64,000 nt of DNA, from NCBI GenBank assembly GCA_964016885.1, contig OZ024742.1, positions 197,842,001-197,906,000 on the forward strand, given 5' to 3'. Source of the stretch: Eledone cirrhosa. Its lineage: Eukaryota. Position 1 is the stretch's first letter. Each line of letters opens with the position of its first letter. Shown one piece after another: positions 46,051 to 61,004 of the stretch. A model generated the notes under the pieces. That model worked only from the letters and a program-made list of their open reading frames with translations, made no database searches and was not told the DNA's origin. A program made the position numbers and the translations under genes.

Positions 46051-46149
46051 ATGTCTTACTAGACTCAAGGGCCCTCTCTACCCCTCCATTTAACAGCATG
46101 GTCATTAAAAAAAAAAAAAAAAAAAAAACATTGACACGACGCGCACACA

Positions 46150-48850
46150 CATCATCATCATCATCAACGTTTAACGTCCGTGTTCCACGCTTGCATGGGT
46201 TTGGACGGGGGTAGTCCCACTTGAGGCAAGAGTGATTGTCTTGCTCGCATAGGACTGTCTGGCAGGTTTTCTACAGTTGGATGCCCTTCCTAACACCAAC
46301 CACATTTACAGTGTGGGTCTGGGAGGTTTTTACCGTGTTGCCTACACGGCCACATTACAGCGTGGACTGTGTGTTTTTTGTCGTGACACCTACACGATCT
46401 CATTTGTTTCGGCCTCGATGGCGCGGCACCAACATAACTTTACATAGAACGGGGTGGTGTGGATGGGGTGGGGGCGGGGGCGGTGGGACGGGGTGTATTT
46501 TGTTAGAGATGCCTACTGGCTGGAGTAGGTTTTACTATATATTTAGGTAAGGCGGGTCTTCTCTGTTACTGAGTACCGCCAAAGGTCTCGGTCCAGTGAC
46601 ATTGTCTTGGAGAGGTGTAAGTGTGTGATGTCGGAGTTTATCAGCTCGTCCCAGGTTTTTCTAGGTCTGCCTATTCCGTGACTACCGTCTATCTTTATTG
46701 CCCTGCACTTTGTTATACAGCTATCGACTTTCATGCGCATCACGTGTCCATACCAACGTAGCCTTCTCTCGAGTAAACAACATCTGATCCCTCTTATCTC
46801 TAATTTTTTCCTTAGTTCGTTTATGCTTTGCCGTTCACGTATATTACTGTTACACATCCAGCGGAGCATGCAAGCTTCGTTCCTCTCTAGTCTGCGTATA
46901 TCCTCTGCACACAATGCCCAGGTCTCACTGCCATGCAGCATTGCTGTTCGTATGCAGGCATCGTACAACCTGCCTTTCATTTTTAGTGAGAACCCTTTAG
47001 CAGCTAATAGTGGTATAAGCTCTCTGAACTTTTTCCAACCAGTTCTGACTCTAGCTACAGTACTTTCAGAGCACCCTCCCCCACTGCTGATTTTATCGCC
47101 CAGGTAACGGAAGCTGTCCACTATTTCTATAGAACCCTCTGCGCAATTGAAAGAGCTAGTAGTTTGTGGGCACTTGCTGCTACTTATTGCACCAGAGCAC
47201 CGGCCACATGTAAAATCTATGTTCTTAGTTAGCTTACCTGTGATCCCACTACATCTTTTATGCACCCATACTTTGCATTTAGGACATAAAATGGAGTTTC
47301 TACCTACGCCTTTCCTACACACCGAGCACGACCATTTCCCAGAAGGGACCGCCGCCTTGTTTTCTTTCCTACAAACTAGTACTTTGGTCTTAGCCAGGTT
47401 AATTTTAAGTCCTTTTGACTCTAGGCCGTGCTTCCATGTTTGGAATTTCTTCTCTAGCTCGGCCATTGATTCCGCTATGAGTGTCAGGTCGTCTGCGTAT
47501 AGGAGTTCCCATGGGCAGCCTGTCTTGAACTCCTCTGTTATAGCCTGAAGGGCAATAATAAATAGTAGTGGGCTGAGAACAGAGCCCTGATGGACGCCAA
47601 CTTTTACGCTAAACTCTTCACTATATTCGTTGTTAATTCTAACCTTGCTGACTGTTTCTTTATACATGGCTTGTATAGCCCTCACAAGCCATTCGTCAAC
47701 GCCTAGTTTTCTAAGAGCCCACCAGATAATGGAGCGGGGGACTCTGTCGAAGGCTTTCTCCAAGTCGACAAAAGCTAAGTAGAGGGGTTTACCTTTAGCT
47801 AGGTACTTCTCCTGTAGTTGTCGTACTATGAAAAGAGCGTCTGTGGTACTTTTGCCTGACACAAACCCGAACTGCATTTCATCTAGGTCAATTCTCTCTC
47901 TGATTAGTTGCGCTATTACTTTTTCCGTGACCTTCATGACCTGGTCGATTAATTTAATGCCTCTATAGTTACTCCTATCTAGGGCGTCTCCTTTACCCTT
48001 ATAACAGTTAACGATGATGCTGCTATGCCAGTCCTTCGGAACAACCCCATTCTGTACGACTTGGTTAACTATGCGGGTGACCATGGTGTGTCCCACCGTG
48101 CCAGATGCCTTCAGCATCTCAGCAACTATTTCCGAAGGCCCAGCCGCCTTACCCGTCTTCATATCCTTGATTGCCTTACTTATTATACTCCCCTCGACTA
48201 ACACTGCTGGTCCCTCTATTGGGTCGATATGGGGGAGACTGCCTTTCTCCCAATTATTCTCCTCATTTAGTAGCCTTTCATAGTGACACTTCCAAGCTAC
48301 CTTCTTATCAGCGTCGGTGATGGCAAGTGTGCCATCGTCGTTTAGTACACACTTCTCCCCGACAATATCACGGTTTTCCTTGACGCATTGCCTAGCAATC
48401 CTGAACACCTCACGTTTTTGGTCATCGCGTTGTAGAACATGCTTGAACTTTCTTTCCTCAGCTTCCCTTCTTGCTAAGTACACTTGTCTCCTAGCTTCCC
48501 TCCTGGCCACTTGATAGTCCTCTCTACTTCCCCCATCCCGCCATACTTTCCAAGCCTGCTTTTTGGCCTTAATTGACCCCTCCACCTTACTGTTCCACCA
48601 CCATGTTACTCTCCTCCTGCCTACAGGCCTGCTCCAGCCACAGACTTCGTCTGTCGCCAACAGCAGGTTTGCTTTCAGAAATTCCCACTCTCCCTCTATA
48701 TTGTCCGACTCTAAATGTTCTTCCTTACTGTCGAAAGCATCAAGTAATATGCTTTGAAATTTATTCCTGGCTGTGGGGTCCTTTAGCTTCCATATTTTCC
48801 TCCTGAGGATAGTCCTCTTCTGTTGTCGAGTACGTCTCGTCCTGACTATG
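46150..48850 (-). mobile_element. RTE LINE family A, 5'-truncated, uninterrupted ORF to stop at 46543, full 3' UTR and (GAT)n tail
   Basis: Near-identical to 32540-34734 and 5613-7284. Confidence 0.96.
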
Positions 48851-49139
48851 TATATATATATATCATCATCATCATGATATATATATATATGTGTGTGTGT
48901 GGTGTGTTTACATATATATATATATATATATATGTGTGTGCAAATGCATATACACATATATATTCATCATTTTATATCAGCTTTCCATGTTGGTATGGGT
49001 TAATTGAGTTATCACGATCTGAAACTAGACAGGATAGAGAGACCTCATGCATTTCCTTATTGGCATGGTTTCTCTAGCTGTACATTCTTCATAATACCAA
49101 CCACCATACAGAGTGTACTATATGCATTTTATTGTGGCA

Positions 49140-49365
49140 CCAGCAATAATAATTTACAGACTGAACTGAGTATATTCTATCTTGGCACCTGCAATACTAA
49201 TTTACTGACTATACTCAGTATATTCTATCTTAGCACTAGCACTATCAATTTACTGACTGTACTGGGTGTATTCTATCTTGGCACCAGCACTATCGATTTA
49301 CTGATTGTACTGAGTGTATTTTATCATGGCATCAGCACTAACACTTTTACAGTGTATTGGATGCA
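49140..49365. repeat. Degenerate ~39-bp tandem repeat (similar at 56360-56600)
   Basis: Recurrent GGCACCAGCACTA...TTTACTGACTGTACTGAGTGTATT. Confidence 0.7.
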
Positions 49366-49569
49366 CTTTATCTTGACAACAACACTAGTGAGGTTGTCAT
49401 GTTTGGCCAAACTGGAGACTCCTGTACACTATATTGTCTCCAGCTGATTACAAACCACTTTACAGAGGGTACAAGGTGCACTCCATCAAAACACCAACAC
49501 TAGAGAGGTTCTCAGGCACTTAACAGATCCAGAGTCCTCTATTATAATATATATAAATCCTACTCAATG

Positions 49570-51240
49570 CCTAGAAGAGTCTCTGACAGTAAGAAATGCA
49601 GAAATACAACAGAAAGATTGGGAATTTCTGCAGGATAACCCGATGGAAGCCATAAACCATGTCTGTGGTTTGGGCAAAGTCCCAGCAAGACAGAGAGTGA
49701 CATGGTAGTGGAATGATAAGGTAGATAGAGCCAAGAAAAGCCAGGATAGACTAGAGGTAATACCTAGCAAGGGAAGAGGTAGAAAAAAAGTTTGCACATG
49801 TCCTACGACGTGAAGATAAGTGGAATGCAGTGTTCCATATTGTGAGACAGTGCTAGAGAAAATCTGGGAATTTTCTCTAGCACTGTCAGTATCATTGTAA
49901 ACTGCTACAATAGCAAAGAGATGCATTAGAGAGAGGTAAGTACAGAAGTATCAAGTTGATGGACCAGGTCATGAAAGTTGCTGAAAGGGTTATAGCACAA
50001 CTAATTAAGGACAGAAGTTAGATGAGATACAGTTTCTTTCTAGTGAGACAACTGCAGAAGAGGTACATAGCTAAGAATAAGCCACTGTAGAAGGCCTTTG
50101 ACAGAGTCCCCTGCTCTGTAATCCGGTGGGCACTTAGGAAGTTAGGAGTAGATGTTTTGTGAGAGCTATTCAAGCCATGTATAAAGGTGCAACCAGCAAG
50201 ATGAGAATTGGCAATGAGTACAATGGTAAATTAGAAGTGCAAGTAGGGGTCCACCATGGCTCAGTCATCAGTCCACTTTGTCATTGTCCTTCAAGCCATC
50301 ACTGAGGAGTTTAAAACTGGCACTCCATGGGAACTCCTGTATGTTGATGACCTAGCCCTCATAACTGGATCCATAGGAGAGTTAGAGGCAAAATTCCAAG
50401 CATAGAAGAAAAACAGAGTTGAAAGGCTAAAAAGTAAACTTAGCAAAGACAAAAGTCTTAAGTAGGAAACAGGGCAGGAGGCTAATACCATCAGGGAAGT
50501 CACCTTGTCCAATGCGTCAGAAAGGAGTGGTCAGAAATTCCATGGAGTACACCCAGTGCAATCTATGGATGCACAAGAGATGTAGCGGGATTGCAGGTAG
50601 GCTCACAGAAAAGATGGACTTTGTATGTGGCAGATACACAGGAGAAGTAAACACTAAGAGCATATGTAAAATAGATACCCTCAGTTGCCAATGAGGTTCC
50701 TTAGTTGATGACAACTTTTATTACCTGGGTAACCAGATAAGTAATAAGGGAAGATGATCTAGTAGTGTGATAGGCAGGATGAGAACAGACTGGAAGAAGT
50801 TTGCTGACAACAAAGGGCTTCTTTCTCAGAGTAAAAGGTAAACTATACAATGCTTGTGTGCATACTGCAATGCTACATGGCTGTGAAACATAGGCCTTAA
50901 CTGCAGAAGATCTGTGAAGGCTAGAAAGAAAAGAAGCAAGAATGCTCTGATAGATGTGCATGAGCAGCATAGCAAAAGCAAACTGAGAGAATAACTTGGC
51001 ATAAAGGCAAGTGGATGCAGTATGCAAGAGAGAAGACTGCATTGGTATGGACACATGATGCATATAGAAGATAACAGCTGTATAAAGGAATGCAGAGAAA
51101 TCTCAGTGGCTGGGGCCCATGGAAGAGGCAGACCCACATTAAGAAGCTGAATCTCACAAAAGAGATGAGAAAAGACTGAGAAAATTGGTGACATGCTGTA
51201 CTGGAAAACACCTTCCTATCAACATAGACCTGACTCACCC
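49570..51240 (+). mobile_element. Old, heavily mutated RTE LINE
   Basis: Decayed KLMDQVMKV, KAFDRVP, PWELLYVDD, HKRCSG, WYGH with many stops and frameshifts. Confidence 0.85.
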
Positions 51241-51496
51241 CAATGCCCTAATAACACTACCTTATAGCCATCTCACCACCAATGTACATACTCCACCTCA
51301 TCTATGCCTCCCTCCACTTTCACTGTTGATATTCTCACCATCACTACATTACCCTCTAAAGTCCTCAGTGGCTACTCTTTCTATCCTTGTGTAGCCCATG
51401 ACCTCACCATTACTATACCTCCACCTCCTATGCAATCAACCACTTTATCCACACACCCACCACTATTACCACTTAGTTATTCTTCCCTATCACTAC

Positions 51497-53590
51497 TGTG
51501 GGTATGGTGAGGTGTGCGGTGGCCGGAAGCTGGGGAGTGCTCGACCGGAAGAGTGCTTGACCGGAAGGGTGCTCGACCGGAAGGGCCAGCAGGTCGGTCT
51601 CTCTCTTAGCTACTTAGGCTACGGCGAGACAGGACGAGCGTGTTAGTATTCCAGAGGGGAAATGAAGTTCCAGAACTGGGCCCAAGTATGAGTAGGCGGG
51701 AGCTTTTCTCGGCATGTGGAAAGTTGGTGGGTCACTACTCGATTGCTGGGTGGCTCCGGACTGCATGCAGCTATGTCAAGAGATGAGCGGTAGGGGTGAC
51801 TTGGAGTGACAGAGAGGACGGTGGCCATGATGCAGGAGATCGTGGAGAGGGTGAAGGCCGACGACCCTGTGCGGGGATGCTGGTATGTTCCCAAATCGCA
51901 GAGCGGGACCGTATGGTGCGATGCCAGCAGCATAGCACTGGGTGTCACGTTGGAGATAGGTGTTGAGATCGAGGATGCAGCCTGGCTTAGGAAGAAGGAC
52001 GACTGCAACCACATCAATGTGGCCGAACTGGACGCGGTGTTGAGAGGGGTGAACCTCGCCCTGAGATGGGGACTGTGCACCATCGAGATACGCACCGACT
52101 CGGCTACTGTACTCGGATGGGTGAGATCAGTGCTCACCAGTGAGAAGAGAGTGCGCGAGAGGGGCGGCGGAAATGCTGATAAAGCGCCTCCTGGGAACTT
52201 TAGGAGAGCTGGCCACCGAGTTTGACCTGAGGCTGATCGTGGTTTTCGTGCCCTCAGAGAAAAATAGGGCGGACGTCCTAACCAAGGTGAAGAAAGCCTG
52301 GATGGAAGCGCCGGAGAAGGTAGAAGAGGAGATAGCTGCCATGTGTCGGCTGACCGAGTCGGATCTGAAAGGGTTGCATGACATGCACCACATGGGAGTG
52401 GATAGGACTCTGTTCCTAGCCAGGAGAATCGACTCGGATGTTAACAGACAGTGTTCAAAGAGTGGTGAGAGGCTGCGTCCGATGTCAGTCCATTGATCCC
52501 ACCCCAGGTGTGCACGAAACGGGAAGCCTCCTGGTGGATCGCGACTGGAAGCGATTGGCGGTGGATGTAACACACTACCGACAGGGAACGTATCTCACGA
52601 TGGTCGGCTGTGGTCCGGGACGGATGGCGATATGGAGGGAGATGAAGACTGGAACGGCCGAGGAAATCATGCGGACGTTGAGAGAGGTGTTCTTGGAGCG
52701 GGGCCCTGTGGACAAACTGGTGATGGACAACAGCGCAGCGTTCCGCTCGGAGGCGCTGAGAGAGATGCTCGATGGATGGAAGGTGGACAGTTTCTTCAGA
52801 GCAGCGTACAGGCCGAGCGGAAATGGAATCGTGGAGTGACACCACCGGACGATCAAAGCAATGGTGGAGCGGGGCCACATCTCACCAATGGAGGCAGTGT
52901 TCTGGTACAACATGTCCCCTGGGGGGGGGGGGGGGGTTGAGGAATCGGTGCCACACAGAGCAGTATTCAGATACGAGTGGCAGCACCCGTGCACGCCACC
53001 ACATCAGCCAGTAGGGAGAGAGAATGCATTCGTGCAGGTGGGCGAAGAAGTCTGGGTTAAGCCCCCAGATGCACGTTGCACATCTTAATGGGGAAGGGGA
53101 ACGGTGACGGCCATAAATTCCCAGAACAATGTGTCCATGGACGGAGTACCACGTCATGTCCTGGATGTCTGTAGAATTACTGTGTCAACGGACCCCGAGG
53201 AAGAGGAAACGCAAAGTGCCGCTCCAACACTGCAAAGATCGCAAAGTAGTCGCAAATCACCATCCTGGACAGCAGACTTTCATATGCAGAAGGACGAGGG
53301 GGAAATTGATCCTTGAGATCAGGGGGGTGTGTGGGTATGGTGTGGTGTGCGGTGGCCGGAATCTGGGGAGTGCTCGACCGGCAGAGTGCTTGACCGGAAG
53401 GGTACTTGGCCGGAAGGGCCAGCAGGTCGGTCTCTCTCTAGCGGTGATCAGGAATGTGGTGGACGTCAGTTTTGCAGCTCCCGGTTTTAATGAGTTGGAT
53501 TGTACGCACGTGGAAGAGGAGAAACCAGCCATGGGATCTAGCGGCGCCTGTGAAAAGCAGTAAGTGAGGTAGCTTTTTCTAACCACAACA
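51497..53590 (+). mobile_element. Ty3/Gypsy LTR retrotransposon, internally deleted: partial 5' LTR 51497-51610, RNase H, integrase, PPT, 3' LTR 53330-53590
   Basis: TGTGGGTATGG LTR start twice, CA end; PPT AGGGGGG; CDASS...AELDAV...TDS...ADVLT; HHCC and VD...MDN...IVE; frameshifts and stops. Confidence 0.9.
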
Positions 53591-54943
53591 TCGCCCTCTC
53601 TAAAAATCCTTACACACCTGTGACTACCCCTCCTACAGCATCAGAGGTCACCTCTTCTCTCGTACTCATCACCCGATTAATCCCACCACACCTGCCATAC
53701 ATGCATAACATCATACTTACCTTCCTTCTTTCACCCCCACCCTCAGAAAGGCGAAGGTTCTTCTATTAGGACAATAACCAAAAACTTTTCTAGAGCTGGG
53801 GCCACACAAATGCATCCAGTACACCCCGTAAGGTGGTTGGCAATAAGATGGACAACCCACTATAGAAACCATGTCAAAAAAGATCAGGATGACTCTTCAG
53901 GTGTGTCAAACATGACAATTTCCCTAGCTTTGGTGATAACATGATAAATGCATCCAGTATACGCTGTAAAGTGGTTGATGATAGAGTATCCAACCATAGA
54001 AAGTGTGCCAAACAAAGGGTTGAGAGGGCCCTTCAATTGTGTCAAAAACATGACTGTCTTCCTAGTGCTAGTGTCACAATAAAATGTACCCAGAGTGCGG
54101 AATTATATGCAAGGGAAATGAAGGTTCTGAGCCCATTTCAGGGGGCAGTAGCTTTGCTTACGTACTGACTCAGTCTGTAAAGCCCCATCCAACCCTTCTA
54201 GTGGGGAAAGCTGACATTAAATGATTATATATATAGAGAGAGGGGGTGGAGAAAGAAGAGAAAGAGAAAGAAAGAGAGAGAAAATCCAAATGCATTCATG
54301 ATGGTGGTTACTTGTTTGATTTTTCAAAAAGTATTTTTATCAGCCATCTCTAAGAGCTAACCAGAGATACATTAACAACAAACATTTTAGTAAAGAATAT
54401 ATACTGCATATGCTCCTGTAAAAGTAGAATTTTTTAGAATATTTTTTTAGGTTAAATTTATGGGGCCAACTATTACATGGATACTACTTTTAAGAGGCCG
54501 AAAAATCACACTACATCTGAAAACACCATATCTAACAGAATAAAAGTTTTTAAAAAATGAATTACCAAACAAACTTCCTACTAACAAAACACATAAATAA
54601 GGTTATGGAAGCTCTTAGAAATATTTCCACTTGCACACATCAAAACATAATAGTGTAGAAAAATTAATTTCCCATTGGAACACATATTCCGTATAAGACT
54701 TTGATTTAAAATGTTGATCTGTTGTCCATGAAAAAATACAGTCAATGTTCACATGAGATAAATGAAAAAAAATCTAAATCTAAAGTTTTAAGGCCATAAA
54801 GAGACGGATCAACTGTTACAGTGGATTGAGTATATACAGTATAAAAACAAAAAATATAAATGTTAACTTGAATTTTTTTTTTTTTTTTTTTTTATAATAA
54901 TTAAACCATTAAACCATTAAACCATTTTTTTGTCAAAGGATAC

Positions 54944-55048
54944 TCGTGTTGGAAATGCCCGACCTCGCTGTTGTACTAATCCCTGTCTGGAGCGATCCCG
55001 TGGACCAGCTCGTCCTTGTTCAATATCTTTGAGGTTTTGCAGTGCAGT
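54944..55048 (-). CDS. CRTC: Probable upstream CRTC coding exon (105 nt, phase 0-0): TALQNLKDIEQGRAGPRDRSRQGLVQQRGRAFPTR
   Basis: Acceptor ccttctttttcttctAG, donor GTatcc; non-repetitive GC-richer island; in frame with exon 8732-8793. Confidence 0.65.
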
Positions 55049-55189
55049 CTAGAAGAAAAAGAAGGTTAAGACAACATTTCTTGGGAAAATTATTTAAACA
55101 CAGTGCAATCCTTAAAGAAAAAGAAATTATAAATGAAATGAAAATGAAACTTACAGTTCAAACCATTGGTTTGTTGGGTGTTTTAATAA

Positions 55190-56145
55190 TAGTCACCCCA
55201 GTCCTATCATAAAGAGCAATGTGAAATATAGCAACTTGCTCAAAAACACAATGCACAATCTGGTTCAGTAATTAAACCCACAACTTTATGATCATGAGCT
55301 CAACATCGTAACCATAGTTAAATAATTAAAGTTATGATCAGAAAAAATACTGAACTGTTTTAGCTCATATATTAATTAGTATCAGATCCTTTTCCTAATT
55401 ATTTTCCTCCATTTATAATCACTTTATCGAGTTTCGCCTGATATATTGTATGTTATGTGCATGTGTGTTTTCAAATGTACACAATGTTATATTACACCGG
55501 CACACTGTATTGTGTCTGTAATAATGTTGTGTGTGTGAAATAACTACCAGATACTCTGGGAAGAAAGAAGTTAACTGCAACAGATAAAACAATGCACCAA
55601 CTGATCCAGGAATTGAACCTATGAATCCAACAACTTGACCACTAGGCCACACGCATTTATATCAATATGTGTGTGAAATAACTGCAAGATCCTCTGGGAA
55701 GAATGCTACCTACAACAGCTTGCAGGCAGAACACATGCTACCTGGTCAAGGAATTGAACCCATGACCTCATGATCCAAAGGCCACATGCCTACACAATAT
55801 TAATATATGATTGGACCTATAATTCCTGATAGGGTAATAGGAACAGGCACCATAATGACATACAGGCATTTTTTTGTTAACTTGGCAGAGCCCATCTCTT
55901 CTCCAGCCTGAACACAACCAATTTCTTCCAGAAAAGAAGAGAGAAAGTGAGAGAGGAATTAAGAAAAAAAATATAAAGGAAGAATCAACCCTAGTACTGG
56001 ACTGGTACTTTGTTATCAACTTCAAAAGGATGAAAGGCAGAGTTGACCTCGGCTGGTTTTGAACTTAGAGTGCAGAGAACTGGAACAAATATCAAAGTAT
56101 TTTATCCTATATTCTAACAACTCAGCCAATTTATCGCCTTACTTA
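55190..56145. mobile_element. Cluster of degraded SINE fragments
   Basis: Recurrent GAATTGAACC, CTAGTACTGGACTGGTACTT, AAAGGATGAAAGGCAGAGTTGAC. Confidence 0.55.
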
Positions 56146-58369
56146 GAAAGAATACCACAAAGCATTCTATCTGACTTTCTAACTACTCTGTCAATGTGCT
56201 GCCTAACAGTATTAATCATTATTATCATCAAACATCTATTTCCCATGCTTGCATGTGTTAGACGGACTACCATGTACTGAAGCTAGACTAATCAAGTGAC
56301 CATGTCATGCTCATATATTCCGCTTTCGCTTGGTTTCTACAGTTGGATGCCCTTCCTAATACCAACCACTTTATAGTGTGAACTGGGAGCATTTTATCAG
56401 GACTCCCGTACTACCATGTTACAAGGTGGTCTACGTGGTTTTATTCATGGCAACAGTGCTACCACCTTGTAGGGTGGACTGAGCTTTTTGTCATGGCACA
56501 AGCATTACTCCTCTACAATGTAGATTAGGTGCTTTTTGTCATGGCACCAGTACTACCACCTTTACAGCATAGGTTGGATGTACTTTATCATGGCACCAGC
56601 ACAACCTTATTTCAACACTAGAGTTGATAAATATATACATATACCTACATGTGTGGAATTACTACGAGATCCTCTGACAAGAATGCTACCATCAACAAGT
56701 AACAGGTAATCTATCCAGGAAAGGTTTTATCTATCATCTGTCTAACACTTAAAGAATCTGTGTAACTAACGTACCTGTTTGAGATATGGAGGGGCATCCA
56801 GCAAGCAAGCACACATAAACACAAATACATCCATGATTTGTGTAGGTAGAATATATTGCAGGGGGCAGACAGAGAAATGTGACAACAGTGTGATTTAATA
56901 TAGGGTGGTGGGATCTCTAGGTTTTGGCAAGTGTCCTAGGTGTTTAAATAATAGAATAGCCAGCTTGTGAAATTAACATGCAAGTAACTGAGCATTCGAC
57001 ACACACGTGTATCAATGTAGTTCTCAGGAAGATTCAACATGTCACTTGTGTGACAAAGCTGGCTCTGGAATACAAGTACAACTGATTTTTGCCAGCTGAG
57101 TGAACTGAAGCAACATGAAATAAAGTTTTTTACTCAAGGACATAATGCACCGTTCAGGCTGGAAATCAAACTTATAATCTTATTGGAAATCAAACTTATA
57201 ATCTAACTTATAATCTAATCACAAGCAGGTCTTTACTTCTGCATTCCTTTCCAAACACTAACCCCTTTTTACGGTGTACAAGGTTTTTTCGATATTGCCC
57301 TAATACTAAAGACGTTATGTCGCAAATAGAACTGAAGAGTTCTCTCTACATTATCTCTGATCACCCATAGGTTTGTCAGTTTGCCAAACTGTAAGTTGAA
57401 ACAATTTTATTTGGGAGAATGGGACTGAAGAGTTGTATGTACATTGTAGAGTTAGCCTAGAGTGATAAATACCCAGTCTGTGGCACTGATAATATACAGC
57501 AGTTAATATAATAATGTAATTATGGACCCATAACTCTTGATGGTAGTGTAGAGCCACGTAATGACAAAAGCTTTTCTTGAGCATTTTAAACATGGCGAAG
57601 CTCATCCCCACTCCTGGTTTGAACACAACTGACTTCTTGTAAAGAAGAAAAAGGGAGTAATAGAGAGAAAGTGAGAAAGAGATATAGAGGAAGAATCAAC
57701 CCCAGTACTGGACTGGTCTTGACAAACCTAGTTTTTGACACTTCTAAGAAATTTACTAAGCCAGAGTTTTCTACTACAGAGTTCATACTCACCCATACCT
57801 ATTTACATGACAGGTTATAACACCATATGACCCTCACCACCGCTTTGGATATTTTTACAATGCTAACATGTGGAAAATATGTTTAGTGATTTATCCTCAA
57901 AAGGATGAAAGGCAAAGTTGACCTTCACAGGGTCTGAACTCAGAATGGAGAGAGGTGGAACAAATACTGCAAAGCATTCTATCCAATGTTCTAACAACTC
58001 TACCAAGTTTCTGTCTCAGTAGTTAGCAATACTAAGTTGCGTAATACATCAAACAATACTGCACTAAATATTCTCAACTGCATAAGGGGGCTGTCGATTG
58101 ATACCATGTATGGACTACCGTTTATATTTATATGGCAAGAGCAGGACTTCAATTCTTAGACACTGATGGTGCTTCAACAGAAGACACAGTCACATAAGAA
58201 GAGAATTTCCACTGTTCCCACCTATACTACAGCTTCCATGTACACTCATGAGTGAGAAAACTATGATAGTGGTGGTATTTCATTGTAGCAGACGTACAAA
58301 GATACCTTGTCTGCTGCAACAAGAGGTCAAATAAAATTTGACAAACCTAAGTGTTGGACCTCCATGCAT

Positions 58370-58683
58370 TTCACCGAGTATTCCAGTTGTTCGATTGATG
58401 AAACAACTTACTCATGAAATTAATGTGCAAGTGACTGAGCATTCCCCAGACATGAATAATCTTAACATAGTTCTCAGGGAGATTCAGCATGACAGTGTGA
58501 CAAAGCTGGCCCTTTGAATTATAGGTACAACTCATTTTTTCTATTTTTTCTAGCTGAATAGACTGAGGCAAAAAATAAAGTGTCTTGCTCAAGGAAACAA
58601 TGTGCTGTCAGATGCTGGAATCAAACTCACATCCTTATGCTCATGAGCCAAACACCTTAACCACTAAGAAAACCACCTTCACA
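58370..58683 (-). mobile_element. Degraded tRNA-derived SINE (related fragment 56965-57175)
   Basis: Reverse complement gives TTAGTGGTTAAGG...GAGTTTGATTCC...CCTTGAGCAAGACACTTTAT. Confidence 0.7.
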
Positions 58684-60179
58684 GTAAGCCCAAGTGTATA
58701 ACATATAGCCTTTCTGTATACTCAATCTTAGAGCTATATATAATACCCCCCAAGTTCTTTGGTAAAATAACATGTATACTGAAACAGCAGTCATTCAGAT
58801 ATCCATGTTGATTTGACAAGAACACAGGAAGGGTATTGACCTTTTTCATACCAAACCACCCGAAAACTGCCCTTGATTCTATCTAAAAATCCTGCACAAA
58901 TTAGTAAACCTTATTCTACACAATAGTCATGAAGTGCTTCATACAATATATTTGATGATGAAATGATAAAGGAAGACAAACTTAAATAGATTATTGTAAA
59001 GGAAAAAAAAAAGATACAAGATCTTTAGGATTGCACATACATTAAGACAAAGAAGAAAAATACAACTGCAAGATACAAATATTTTTTTCAATAAATTCAA
59101 TAAAACTGTCAACATAAATCTTTTAAGATTACCACATTTTATGTTACATAAGACACTTTTGTATCCAAATATTTCATCTGAAAATAGTCCAGCAAGTATG
59201 AATAAGGAGAATTTTAATTGTTTTTAATTTCAGCACAGGGCCAGCTTTTGATGGTGGGGCGCAATTCAAACAACCTCCGAACTTTATTGATTTTTTTTTT
59301 TAAACCATTTTTTCTATAAAAAGATAATGGTGTCTTATATCCTGAAAGATATGATAACCCATTCCAAAATAAAAAAAATAAATAAATAAACAGGGCAAAC
59401 ATTTGTTATATATACTCATGCATAAATCACACCTTTTTATATGAACATACATGAAAAAAAATCAGTGTGTGCTTAATCTACTGAAGCTACAAAACTTCAA
59501 TTCAAAATATATTGTACATTGTATAGAGGGGTGACTTATTCACAAGTATATACAATATGTTCAGCACATTTTAAAAGGAGAGCAATGATTGTATAAAAAC
59601 AAAAAGTGCCGCACACTTGAGGTGGGAAGAACTTGTGGGAGAGAGAGACCAAGGAAGATGTGGGACAAAGTAATGAAGAATGAGCTCCAGAAAATGACCC
59701 CATGAAGGAGATGACACATGATTGAGTTGACTAGTCATATTCCATAATGCAAAAGACCTCTCCATCAATACAAGTACTGTGACATTAGAGGTAAATATGT
59801 TGACAAACCAGAAGCTTCAGTGTTTGGCAATCAAAATTGAACCAACACAATCTAAGGCTGGAGAGGACTCTCCAGTTTGGTCTAGCATGTCATAACCTAT
59901 CTAGTGCTGGTGCCATAATAAAATGCACCCACTACACATGATAGTGTTAGTACCACAATAAAAGTGATGTGGGTAGACTCTGTACAATGGTTGGGGTTAG
60001 GAAGAGCATTGAACCATAAGAATCATGCCAAATATGGAACGTAACACTCTGACCCACCTGGTCTTGGGCCATGACAACCCATTCAATCCATGCTCCATAC
60101 CAGCAAGAAAAGGTGACATAAAATGATGATAATGATATACCATGTACGTGTGTGTGTGTACACTTATGAATAAGTCACA

Positions 60180-60462
60180 CCATTTTCCAGCATGCAATTT
60201 ATCTACTGGACCTGCAAAACCTCAATTTAAAATATATATTGTACATTGCAAATGCATGTAAAATAGATGTGTGACTTAAACACAAGTTTATGCAGTGTGT
60301 ATGTGTGCTCACGCACACCCTTATGTATAAGTCACATACACTATTTCCCATGAAAAACCAGCATGCAATTTATCTCCTGGACCTGCAAAACCTCAATTCA
60401 AAATACATATTGTACATCATAAATATATGTAAAATCGAGGTGTGACTTCAACACAAGTTTAA
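60180..60462. repeat. Imperfect direct duplication of ~105 bp (60187-60290 / 60358-60462)
   Basis: CCAGCATGCAATTTATCT.CTGGACCTGCAAAACCTCAATT occurs twice. Confidence 0.8.
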
Positions 60463-60684
60463 ACAGTATTAGTCTTAAAAGCATTATAGTTTAAATTAAT
60501 ATTAAGCATGTCAGTCAAGAGTTTTATTCAGAAGCAATAAACAGGATCTGTGAAGAAAGATGATATATATAATTTCATGCAAAAAAAAAATATATATATA
60601 TATATATAACTGAAGAGAACAGCCAGTTTGATAAAGTTGCAGACAAGCCCAATTTTCTCTCATAAAATTTAGAGAAATAAATAA

Positions 60685-60730
<46 letters not shown>

Positions 60731-61004
60731 GTTGTTGCCATGCAAACATAACAATTATATTAGTTTTTCAAAAAAATTGTTATTGTTACGATTATGTTAG
60801 ATTCAGTTGCAGACATGACAACTTGAAAGGAGAGATAGATGGAAAATGGTTTTATAACTGCTGAAAGCAGAACAAAGAAAAGGAAAGTAAGAAGTTGATC
60901 ATCAGGCCTTTATCGAAGGAAATAATGTTTCCATTAGTCTTCCCATTGCTAATATTATCTGCCAATTGTAACGCCTGGCAGAAAAGACCTCACTTTTATG
61001 GTGA

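Noticed and set aside
59232-59285. Plus-strand exon after TTTCAG
   Set aside because: No convincing donor or recognisable peptide; resembles a SINE remnant
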